From assembly GCA_021796225.1 (NCBI GenBank), contig JAJYOL010000003.1, forward strand, positions 28,042 to 92,041: a stretch of 64,000 nucleotides of DNA. Direction: 5' to 3'. Origin of the DNA: Candidatus Micrarchaeota archaeon (GTDB lineage: Archaea > Micrarchaeota > Micrarchaeia > Micrarchaeales > CABMGC01). Position 1 is the stretch's first letter. Every line of letters starts with the position of its first letter. Under the pieces are notes generated by a model. It saw nothing but the letters and a program-made list of their open reading frames with translations. It ran no database searches and was not told the origin of the DNA. Made by a program: the position numbers and the translations under genes. Shown here piece after piece: positions 1 to 7,341 of the stretch.

Positions 1-294
1 TGGCAAAACCTTTCAAGGCTATGTAGGAAAAACAACGACTCCGTGTCATGCGCATTTTCATCAAATTCATACAGCATTTCAGCGAAGGTTAGCGATTCCG
101 AAGGGTTCTCCATGTATTATAAGCTAGAGCAGAATTCCACAGTCATTGTAAGGAAAACACCTACGACAAGATATGACATCGCCGCTGTCGCAATCATGGC
201 TGTCGCGCTCGCCATTCTCATATATGCGATATCAAGAAAGGCCATTACAAAGAGAAAAGGCAATATCGAGAAGAAGGCGGCAGGATATGGATGA
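1..294 (+). CDS. C-terminal fragment of a membrane-anchored (probably surface) protein; ORF is open to the window start
   Basis: Frame 1 has no stop from nt 1 to the stop at 292-294. The tail DIAAVAIMAVALAILIYAISRKAITKRKG is a hydrophobic helix followed by a K/R-rich stretch. Confidence 0.4.
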   Translation, partial: WQNLSRLCRKNNDSVSCAFSSNSYSISAKVSDSEGFSMYYKLEQNSTVIVRKTPTTRYDIAAVAIMAVALAILIYAISRKAITKRKGNIEKKAAGYG

Positions 295-300
295 TACCAC

Positions 301-1167
301 ATGAAAAGGCTGCGACTTCAATCAGCAATGGAGTATCTAATGACCTACGGGTGGGCGATATTAGTTATTGCAGTTGTTCTGGGAGTTCTTTACTCTCTTG
401 GGATATTCAGTCCCTCAAATTTCGCACCGAAGGAGCAGCCAGGCTCGTGCCAGGTGCTCAGGCCGAACGGCCCAGGCACAAGCTATGATATAAACCTGGA
501 GGGCATATGCGGTGGCGAGATACCACAGTACGTCGCCGTGTTCAACAACAGCAATATAACAATGAACGCCTCCGGACTCACAAACCAGCGCTTTACCATA
601 GCGTTCTGGTTCTACGAACCGTCATACCCCAACACAGGCAACTATCCATCGGTTGGGGTTGGAAATGGCTTTGCGTACGGCGTAATGTACCTGCTTCCGC
701 AAGTGTACGACGTAAACGGCGGTGCAACTGTAGGAAATGCGCTTGAGACTTATGTTACTAATACCGCTCCCCCAGTTGGCAAGTGGAACTTCGTCGCGAC
801 GACGTACAATGGAACAGAGATTCGCATGTATCTCGACGGAATTCTATCAAACTGGTATAGCTACTCTGGAACCGTGAATTACAGCTACTCTTATGGGATA
901 ATAGGTGGAGCCAACGGTTATGACACACCTTCAATAGGTGGATATTACCTTTCTAATGTGCAGATGTACAACGCGTCTCTATCAAATTCATCAATGGCCA
1001 CTCTTTACGGAGAGGGCATAGGCGGCGCACCGATCAAACTGCAGAATCTGGTCGGATGGTGGCCTCTCAACGGAAATGCGAATGATTACAGTGGAAACAA
1101 CAATGACGGGGTTCCAACGAACGTAATATATACAGGAACATGGCAAAGCGGATACACGCCGCCTTAA
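301..1167 (+). CDS. Class III signal peptide (archaeal type IV pilin-like) protein with LamG/concanavalin-A-like domain, paralog 1
   Basis: N-terminus MKRLRLQSAMEYLMTYGWAILVIAVVLGVLY has a basic stretch, Q(+1)..E(+5) and a hydrophobic helix. LamG-type strands are present (FTIAFWFY, GKWNFVATTYNGTEIRMYLDG, VQMYNASLS). C-terminus is WWPLNGNANDYSGNNNDG. Confidence 0.7.
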   Translation: MKRLRLQSAMEYLMTYGWAILVIAVVLGVLYSLGIFSPSNFAPKEQPGSCQVLRPNGPGTSYDINLEGICGGEIPQYVAVFNNSNITMNASGLTNQRFTIAFWFYEPSYPNTGNYPSVGVGNGFAYGVMYLLPQVYDVNGGATVGNALETYVTNTAPPVGKWNFVATTYNGTEIRMYLDGILSNWYSYSGTVNYSYSYGIIGGANGYDTPSIGGYYLSNVQMYNASLSNSSMATLYGEGIGGAPIKLQNLVGWWPLNGNANDYSGNNNDGVPTNVIYTGTWQSGYTPP

Positions 1168-1179
1168 TCGATGATAAAT

Positions 1180-2076
1180 ATGAGCAAAAGATTGCAATCA
1201 GCAATGGAATACCTGATGACCTACGGATGGGCCATACTCGTCATTGCGGTTGTGCTCGGTGTTTTGTACTCACTCGGGGTTTTTAGCCCTTCGAACTTTG
1301 CGCCGAAGGCACAACCAGGATCGTGTCAGGTGTTTCGTCCGAACGGTCCAGGCACAAATTACGATATTAATCTGGAAGGAATATGTAGCAGTGAACTTCC
1401 GCAGTATGTCGCAGAGTTTAATGGACAAACTAGTTACATAAACATTGCAAATGAACCAAATTTCCCAAGTGGAAATGACCCCATCACCATGACAGGATGG
1501 ATGTACATTTCAAATTACAATCGTACTTCAAATTATGGTTACATGTTCTTGGGTTATGGCATAGCCGGCAATTGTGGCAATCATAATTACTTCAGTGTCA
1601 GAATCCACAATAATTCAGGAACTCCGCCGTATTATGCACAAACAGATGAATGGTGCGATGCAATAAGTAATCCGACAGCCATATCCAACGGGGCGTGGTA
1701 CTTTATTGCAGAAACATACAGTACCTCAATATATACCATTTATGTTGGAAATGGTGGTTCAATCGCTACAGCTACAGAAAATGGCACGGCAAACATACTT
1801 ACCAATCCGCAGTTCGTAATAAGCCCGAATACAGATGCGGCACATTTGTATGGATACATATCAAATGTACAGCTTTACAATAGCTCTTTAGACGCTTCTT
1901 CGATAACTGCGCTTTATGATGAAGGAATAGGAGGTGCACCGATAAGTATTGAAAATCTAATAGCGTGGTATCCTTTGAACGGAAACGCTAATGATTATAG
2001 CGGAAACAACAATAATGGTGTACCGAACGATGTGCAGTTTACAGGCACATGGCAGGAAGGGTATACCGCACCGTAG
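1180..2076 (+). CDS. Class III signal peptide + LamG-like protein, paralog 2 (alternative ATG at 1171)
   Basis: MSKRLQSAMEYLMTYGWAILVIAVVLGVLY is nearly identical to paralog 1 over about 75 aa. C-terminus is AWYPLNGNANDYSGNNNNG. Confidence 0.7.
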   Translation: MSKRLQSAMEYLMTYGWAILVIAVVLGVLYSLGVFSPSNFAPKAQPGSCQVFRPNGPGTNYDINLEGICSSELPQYVAEFNGQTSYINIANEPNFPSGNDPITMTGWMYISNYNRTSNYGYMFLGYGIAGNCGNHNYFSVRIHNNSGTPPYYAQTDEWCDAISNPTAISNGAWYFIAETYSTSIYTIYVGNGGSIATATENGTANILTNPQFVISPNTDAAHLYGYISNVQLYNSSLDASSITALYDEGIGGAPISIENLIAWYPLNGNANDYSGNNNNGVPNDVQFTGTWQEGYTAP

Positions 2077-2084
2077 GAGATGAA

Positions 2085-3008
2085 ATGAAATTAAGAATGC
2101 AATCCGCAATGGAGTATCTCATTACTTACGGTTGGGCAATACTCATCATTGTGGTTGTGCTCGGCGCACTGTATGCTTTCGGAGTATTCAGCCCTTCTAA
2201 TTTCAGCCCTAGAACACAGCCGGGAGCGTGTTATGTGAACAGGCCTTACGGCCCGGGAACCGTGGATTTTGTAACGCTGGAAGGAACATGCGGCAACGGA
2301 CTTCCGAAATATGTCGGGAGATTCAAAGGTGCAATAAATACGGGCAGCCATAGCCGGATAAACTACGTGAATATAGGTACTGCACCGGCTTACAATCAAT
2401 TAAAAAGTAATTTTACGGTAGTAGGATGGGTAGACCTTAGGCCAGTAAATTCCACCATCACGGGAAATTACAATTACATGTTATCCAACGACAGGGATTG
2501 TTGCGGCACGTATTACGGTTATGCGCTTGGAATAGCAGTCAATAGGCCTTATTTCAGAGTATGGAACGGAACGGAGCATTCGACAAGTTCCAACGAAACG
2601 TTGCAGTACGATACGTGGTATCAGATAGTCGGCACTTTCAACGGCACGGAAGTTAGCGTATATGTAAATGGAAAGTTGACCGGACACGCGGCATTTACAG
2701 GGGATATAAGCAAGCCTGCCAACTTCTCCCTATACATAGGAAGACTCGGTGTTGGTAGTATTTACGGAATAAACGGATATCTTGCAAACATGCAGATTTA
2801 CAACACCACGCTGTCTGCAAATACAATACATAATCTTTATCAGGAGGGAATAGGAGGAAGTCCCGTGGAATTGAAAAACCTTATAGGCTGGTGGCCGCTG
2901 AATGGAAATGCAAAGGATTACAGTGGAAACGGATATGATGCCATCAATGAAGTAAGCGTTTCTTATTATAGCGAATGGACAACCGATTACACTACGCCAA
3001 GCGGGTGA
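2085..3008 (+). CDS. Class III signal peptide + LamG-like protein, paralog 3
   Basis: MKLRMQSAMEYLITYGWAILIIVVVLGALY, with GGAGA 6 nt upstream of the ATG at 2085. Contains WYQIVGTFNGTEVSVYVNG and the C-terminus GWWPLNGNAKDYSGNG. Confidence 0.7.
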   Translation: MKLRMQSAMEYLITYGWAILIIVVVLGALYAFGVFSPSNFSPRTQPGACYVNRPYGPGTVDFVTLEGTCGNGLPKYVGRFKGAINTGSHSRINYVNIGTAPAYNQLKSNFTVVGWVDLRPVNSTITGNYNYMLSNDRDCCGTYYGYALGIAVNRPYFRVWNGTEHSTSSNETLQYDTWYQIVGTFNGTEVSVYVNGKLTGHAAFTGDISKPANFSLYIGRLGVGSIYGINGYLANMQIYNTTLSANTIHNLYQEGIGGSPVELKNLIGWWPLNGNAKDYSGNGYDAINEVSVSYYSEWTTDYTTPSG

Positions 3009-3012
3009 AAAC

Positions 3013-3534
3013 ATGCGTCTGTTTGCAGCAATACACGTACCGGAAACCGTGAAGGACAAAATGCTTGACGTTTCGGAAAAAATAAGCATGCGTGGAATAA
3101 CCCTTGTGAAAAGGGAGGCATTGCACGTCACCGTCGCATTCTTCGGAGATGCGGACGAATCGTCGGTAAAAGATGCAATATCCGATGCGATAGAGGGAAT
3201 GAAAGCGTTTGACGTTTCGATATCGAAAATCGGGTTTTTTGACCCGAAACAAATGAAGATCATATACGCCGGGATATCGGAAGGACGGGAAAACATATCA
3301 AAAATTAATGAAAAAATTGTCCGTTCGATGAACATTGACGACAGGAAATTCATTCCGCATGTTACGCTCGGGCGGATAAAAGCGGATGTGGATACGGAAT
3401 TATTGAAAAGGAAAATAGCACCGCATATGAATGAAGAGTTTGGCAAATTCGAAGTAGAGGGAATATCGCTGATGAACAGCAGACTTACGGAAAACGGACC
3501 AACGTATGAACGGTTATGGGAAGGAAAGTTTTGA
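3013..3534 (+). CDS. ligT: RNA 2',3'-cyclic phosphodiesterase / 2'-5' RNA ligase (2H phosphoesterase family)
   Basis: Two H-x-T-x motifs (HVTVAFFG and HVTLGRIK) in a 173-aa protein. Confidence 0.8.
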   Translation: MRLFAAIHVPETVKDKMLDVSEKISMRGITLVKREALHVTVAFFGDADESSVKDAISDAIEGMKAFDVSISKIGFFDPKQMKIIYAGISEGRENISKINEKIVRSMNIDDRKFIPHVTLGRIKADVDTELLKRKIAPHMNEEFGKFEVEGISLMNSRLTENGPTYERLWEGKF

Positions 3535-4155
3535 CGCATTGGAATTGAATTCGTCAAGCTGCGTATTATTGATCAGTTCGGTAGGTGCGTATATCCTGTT
3601 TTGCAGCAGAAGATCGTAACTCTCCCCCGTTTTAAGATCAAGAACGATGTTTCTCACGTTGTTGCCAAAAATATCCGCTTCGGCAAGTTTCGAGTCGGAA
3701 ATTTTTGAAAATTCAATCAGGTTTCTGGCAATTTCGGTGCGCCAATTCTGCAGTCCGATCAGTCGTACCTCGATGTTGCCCATGCGCTCCTTTCTTACCA
3801 TTCCGGCAGTCTTCCTTATTTCGCTTTCTGAAACGAGAGACGTCGGGCGCAGAAACAGTGCGATTCTCCTGTCAACATCGTACAACGACACGAAAACGTC
3901 GAATGTGATATTTTTTGCAATTACGTATCTGGACGAATCGGAATAGCGCGCATGAAGCACGGAATTTGGAGACAATTCCGAAGAGGCCTGTTCGACCATT
4001 GCAAGAGAAGTATGCCACCGTTGACCCGTTTTTAACTGCATCCTTTCGGAACCGAAGGTGCTTTTTGAGGATTCGGAAACGTACGGATTCCAGAGATTCA
4101 TGAGTGCACCGTGGAATAACTTGAAAGCTAAACATATATCTCTATGTCCGTGCAT
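3514..4155 (-). CDS. Hypothetical protein (start uncertain)
   Basis: 213-aa ORF with balanced composition. It is convergent with ligT and overlaps it by 21 nt. No motif recognised. Confidence 0.45.
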   Translation of the reverse strand: MHGHRDICLAFKLFHGALMNLWNPYVSESSKSTFGSERMQLKTGQRWHTSLAMVEQASSELSPNSVLHARYSDSSRYVIAKNITFDVFVSLYDVDRRIALFLRPTSLVSESEIRKTAGMVRKERMGNIEVRLIGLQNWRTEIARNLIEFSKISDSKLAEADIFGNNVRNIVLDLKTGESYDLLLQNRIYAPTELINNTQLDEFNSNASKLSFP

Positions 4156-4277
4156 TTAGTAGAAATAGCCAAGACATGTGCCCTTATGGTATAGGGGCAG
4201 ACGACTGCCTAAGCTTTAAATACTTTATGATGCATATTAATGTTATTGGCACTTCAGCGCTAATTTTAGCTGGTCTT

Positions 4278-4850
4278 ATGAAGATAGACATCATAGAGAA
4301 CACGCCGATTTCACTGCGCTTCAAGCTTAGCGGCGCGGGTTTCAGCGTCGCAAATGCGATAAGGCGTGCGGCTATAAGCAGAGTTGCGTCTTTTGCCATA
4401 GACAGCGTAACGTTTTACGAAAATTCGTCTGCAATGTTTGACGAATACATAGCACACAGGATAGGATTGATACCGATCTCGACGCCGGCAAAGGGATACG
4501 ACGAGAAGGATGAAATACTCTTCACGCTAAGCGCGGAAGGGCCTACCACAGTATATTCAAGCGACCTTAAGAGCAATGACAAGGAAATAAAAGTCGCGAA
4601 TGAGAAGATACCGATAATGAAGCTTGCCGTAGGGCAGACACTCAGGCTCGACGGCAAAGCGGTACTCAGAGACGGAAATACCAGCCCTAAATTCCAGCCA
4701 GGATTGGTCACATACAAGGTGCTTTCTGACAAGGAATTTGAGTTCTACATAGAAACTTTTGGCCAGATGCCACCCACGGAAATACTGGCCAAGGCGCTAA
4801 GTATAATAAGTGATAATGTAAAGGAGATACACAAGGAGATAAAGAAATAA
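4278..4850 (+). CDS. rpoD: DNA-directed RNA polymerase subunit D (Rpo3)
   Basis: MKIDIIENTPISLRFKLSGAGFSVANAIRRAAISRVASFAIDSV...HRIGLIPI is the alpha-like RNAP subunit signature. The ATG at 4278 fits better than the upstream track start. Confidence 0.85.
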   Translation: MKIDIIENTPISLRFKLSGAGFSVANAIRRAAISRVASFAIDSVTFYENSSAMFDEYIAHRIGLIPISTPAKGYDEKDEILFTLSAEGPTTVYSSDLKSNDKEIKVANEKIPIMKLAVGQTLRLDGKAVLRDGNTSPKFQPGLVTYKVLSDKEFEFYIETFGQMPPTEILAKALSIISDNVKEIHKEIKK

Positions 4851-4866
4851 CTGGCTTTAAACTAGC

Positions 4867-4952
4867 GCGGGGGTGGCAGAGCTTGGTCAAATGCGCTGGC
4901 TTGAGGGGTCAGTAGCTTATCGCTTGCGTGAGTTCAAATCTCACCCCCCGCA
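4867..4952 (+). tRNA. tRNA-Leu (anticodon GAG), type II with long variable arm, no intron, no encoded CCA
   Basis: Acceptor GCGGGGG/CCCCCGC with A73; D stem GCA/TGC; anticodon stem CTGGC/GTCAG with loop TTGAGGG; variable arm TAGCTTATCGCTTGC; T arm GTGAG-TTCAAAT-CTCAC. Confidence 0.9.
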
Positions 4953-4966
4953 CGGATGGTGAAAAA

Positions 4967-5320
4967 ATGCAGAAAAGGAACATAGAAAAGAACGCTGTCA
5001 CAGAATGGTTAGAGGAGCTTAGCAAGATCGACGAAAAGGGAAAGAATGCAGGTCTATGGAAATATGTGCACAGGCTTGCGTCCAGGCCGAGAAGGCAGAG
5101 AGTGTCCGTCAACCTTACAAAACTGCAGAAGCACGCAAACAGCGGCGACAACATAATAGTTCCCGGAAAGGTTCTCGGCAGAGGAGAGCTCAGCAAAGAG
5201 TTAAATATAACTGCAATAGAATACTCGCATGACGCAGTTGAAAAGATGAAGAAGGCAAACTGCAAGGTCATAGACCTTAAGGAAATGAAGAAGAAAGACA
5301 ACGTAAAGATAATCATATGA
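4967..5320 (+). CDS. rpl18e: 50S ribosomal protein L18e (eL18)
   Basis: LWKYVHRLASRPRRQRVSVNLTKL...IIVPGKVLGRGEL, in the conserved position before L13. Confidence 0.85.
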   Translation: MQKRNIEKNAVTEWLEELSKIDEKGKNAGLWKYVHRLASRPRRQRVSVNLTKLQKHANSGDNIIVPGKVLGRGELSKELNITAIEYSHDAVEKMKKANCKVIDLKEMKKKDNVKIII

Positions 5321-5329
5321 GGAATGTTC

Positions 5330-5770
5330 ATGGCTGATTTCGTTATAGATGGAAATGACAAGGTGCTTGGAAGAATAGGAAGCCAAGTGGCAAAGCACCT
5401 GCTCGACGGAAAGAGCGTCGTCCTGCTGAACGCAGAGAAGATAGCGGTAAGCGGCGACAGCAAGGTACTGTATGCAAAATACAAGAAGCTCGTCGAGCTG
5501 AAGGACAAGGCAAACCCCGAACATTCTCCTTACTGGTCAAGAAGGCCGGACCTCTTCGTGAAGAGGATCATAAGAGGCATGCTCCCGTACAAGAAGCCGA
5601 GAGGAAAGGATGCTTACAAGATGCTTAAGGTATACATAGGAATCCCTGAAGAATTCAAAGAAGTGAAGGTAAACAAGGTCGAATCGAAGAGCCCTTCGGA
5701 ACTCTATCAGAATTTCATGACCATAGGAGACCTTATGAAGGAACTCGGATACAAGAAGCTTAACAACTGA
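5330..5770 (+). CDS. rpl13: 50S ribosomal protein L13 (uL13); alternative ATG at 5324
   Basis: VIDGNDKVLGRIGSQVAKHLLDGKSVVLLNAEKIAVSG is a typical uL13 N-terminus. GAGG lies 7 nt upstream of 5330. Confidence 0.9.
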   Translation: MADFVIDGNDKVLGRIGSQVAKHLLDGKSVVLLNAEKIAVSGDSKVLYAKYKKLVELKDKANPEHSPYWSRRPDLFVKRIIRGMLPYKKPRGKDAYKMLKVYIGIPEEFKEVKVNKVESKSPSELYQNFMTIGDLMKELGYKKLNN

Positions 5771-6327
5771 TGATTATCATGGCAGAAGCTAACAAAAACA
5801 TAAATCTGGACAAGGAACTTGAAGCGATTTCACAGCCTAAGGCCGCACCGCAGAAGCGTGTCGCTACACGAAGAAGCGCGTCGCCTAAGAAAAAGGCTGC
5901 AGGCAAGAGCACTGCTAAGAAAAAGGCCATAATAGAAAGAGGAAAGCGCAAGGAAGCTGTTGCAAGAGCAACACTCGTCCAGGGCAGCGGCCGCATACTG
6001 ATAAACGGTAGCGACATCAAGTTCATGCATCCGGAAATGCTGAGAGAGCTCATACTTGAACCTATAAAAATAGCTGAACGCGCAACGGAAATAGCGAAGA
6101 ATTCAGATATTTCCGTAAACGTATACGGCGGAGGAAGAAGCGGACAGGCACAGGCGATAAGAAGCGCCATAGGAAAGGTTCTTGCAGAAGCAGCTCCTGG
6201 CGATTCGCTCAGAAAGCTTTACATGGATTACGACAGAACGATACTTGTTGATGATTATAGAAGAGTCGAGCCAAAGAAGTTCCTTGGACCCAAGGCAAGG
6301 GCTCGCTTCCAGAAGTCTTACAGATGA
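5770..6327 (+). CDS. rps9: 30S ribosomal protein S9 (uS9) with a K/A/P-rich N-terminal extension
   Basis: GKRKEAVARATL...VYGGGRSGQAQAIRSAIGKVL...RRVEPKKFLGPKARARFQKSYR. The ATG overlaps the L13 stop (ATGA). Confidence 0.9.
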   Translation: MIIMAEANKNINLDKELEAISQPKAAPQKRVATRRSASPKKKAAGKSTAKKKAIIERGKRKEAVARATLVQGSGRILINGSDIKFMHPEMLRELILEPIKIAERATEIAKNSDISVNVYGGGRSGQAQAIRSAIGKVLAEAAPGDSLRKLYMDYDRTILVDDYRRVEPKKFLGPKARARFQKSYR

Positions 6328-6330
6328 TGC

Positions 6331-6540
6331 GTGATTTCAATGATGATTCCGATAAGATGTTTTTCCTGCGGACAGGTTATTGCCGACAAATGGGAAGAAT
6401 TCAATAAAAGAGCCAACGTAGACAAGGAAGACCCAGACAAGGTCTTAAACGAACTCGGGGTCAAGAGATATTGCTGCAGGCGCATGCTCGTAGGCAATGT
6501 CGACCTCATAGATGACATAATAAGTTACAGCAGGAAATGA
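6331..6540 (+). CDS. rpoN: DNA-directed RNA polymerase subunit N (Rpo10)
   Basis: [20 protein letters not shown]...RYCCRRM zinc-binding signature. The true start may be the ATG at 6340/6343. Confidence 0.9.
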   Translation: MISMMIPIRCFSCGQVIADKWEEFNKRANVDKEDPDKVLNELGVKRYCCRRMLVGNVDLIDDIISYSRK

Positions 6541-6587
6541 TATTAGCATAAGATATAAAAACAAGCTCAGACCAAACGATAAAATGC

Positions 6588-6702
6588 GGGGTCGTCTGCT
6601 AGCTTGGTTAGGCTCTGTGCTTAGGGAGCATAAGACCCGAGAATCCTTTCGGGAATTCAAATTAGGCTCCCATAAAGGCCTATGAAAATCTCGGCGACCC
6701 CG
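6588..6702 (+). tRNA. tRNA-Pro-like gene (anticodon loop TTAGGGA, i.e. AGG as written) with two predicted introns (14 nt at 53/54 and 27 nt in the T-loop)
   Basis: Acceptor GGGGTCG/CGACCCC. D arm has A14, G18 G19 and A21 in place. Anticodon stem is TGTGC/GCATA. T stem CCGAG/CTCGG encloses 48 nt instead of 7. Removing 6642-6655 and about 6662-6688 leaves the T-loop TTCAAAT and a 74-nt tRNA. Confidence 0.6.
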
Positions 6703-6722
6703 AATAAAATAAAGGTGAAGTG

Positions 6723-7340
6723 ATGAAACAAGAGGAATTGCTGCTGGACCAGACGATCTACCTTGAGGCAGGAATACACATAGGCACGAAAGTAACGACG
6801 CCTGGAATGTCAAGATTCATATACAAGATAAGAGAAGACGGACTTTTCCTGTTGAATCTTTCAACGATAAATGAAAGGATAGCGATGGCGGCGAAGGTGC
6901 TCGCAAGATACGAACCGAAGGACATAGTCGTTACGGCATCGAGAATATACGCCATATCCGCCGCAACAAAGTTTGCGGAGATAACCGGTGCAAAGCTCTT
7001 CCATGGAAGGGTCATGCCGGGAGTGTTCACGAATCCGAAGAGAGAGGATTATTCCGAACCCGCAGTGCTCATGGTAAGCGATACGAGAAACGAGAGGCAG
7101 GCAATACGCGAAGCGAGCAAGACGAGCATACCTACAGTAGCATTGTGCGACACTGATAACCTCATCAAATACGTAGACTTCATAATACCGTGCAACAACA
7201 AGGGAAGAAAATCCCTCGCACTGATATACTTCCTTCTCGCAAGAGAATTCATGAAGGAGAAAGGCTTAATAAAGTCAAATGAAGAGTTCAACTACAAAAT
7301 CTCCGATTTCGAAGTAAAGATGGAGATGAAGGCGAACTGA
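6723..7340 (+). CDS. rps2: 30S ribosomal protein S2 (uS2)
   Basis: LLEAGIHIGTK...VVTASRIYA...IPTVALCDTDN...IPCNNKGRKSLALIY. AGGTGA is upstream. Confidence 0.9.
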   Translation: MKQEELLLDQTIYLEAGIHIGTKVTTPGMSRFIYKIREDGLFLLNLSTINERIAMAAKVLARYEPKDIVVTASRIYAISAATKFAEITGAKLFHGRVMPGVFTNPKREDYSEPAVLMVSDTRNERQAIREASKTSIPTVALCDTDNLIKYVDFIIPCNNKGRKSLALIYFLLAREFMKEKGLIKSNEEFNYKISDFEVKMEMKAN

Positions 7341-7341
7341 T

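Noticed and set aside
2730-3557. 275-aa minus-strand ORF spanning the end of pilin-like paralog 3 and all of ligT.
   Set aside because: It is antisense to two genes with clear motifs. Its S/I/F/C-rich composition is typical of a shadow frame, and I recognise no motif.
4909-5508. 199-aa minus-strand ORF over tRNA-Leu, L18e and L13.
   Set aside because: It is antisense to ribosomal protein genes and a tRNA. It is S/F/L-rich.
6651-6670. Alternative T arm for the Pro-like tRNA, using GGGAA-TTCAAAT followed by CTCCC.
   Set aside because: The 3' strand is displaced by 4 nt and mismatched, and no acceptor strand follows it. The CCGAG/CTCGG stem abuts the acceptor perfectly and gives a canonical BHB.
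6445-6813. 122-aa minus-strand ORF covering the rpoN end, the tRNA and the rps2 start.
   Set aside because: It overlaps three well-supported features. It is a shadow ORF.
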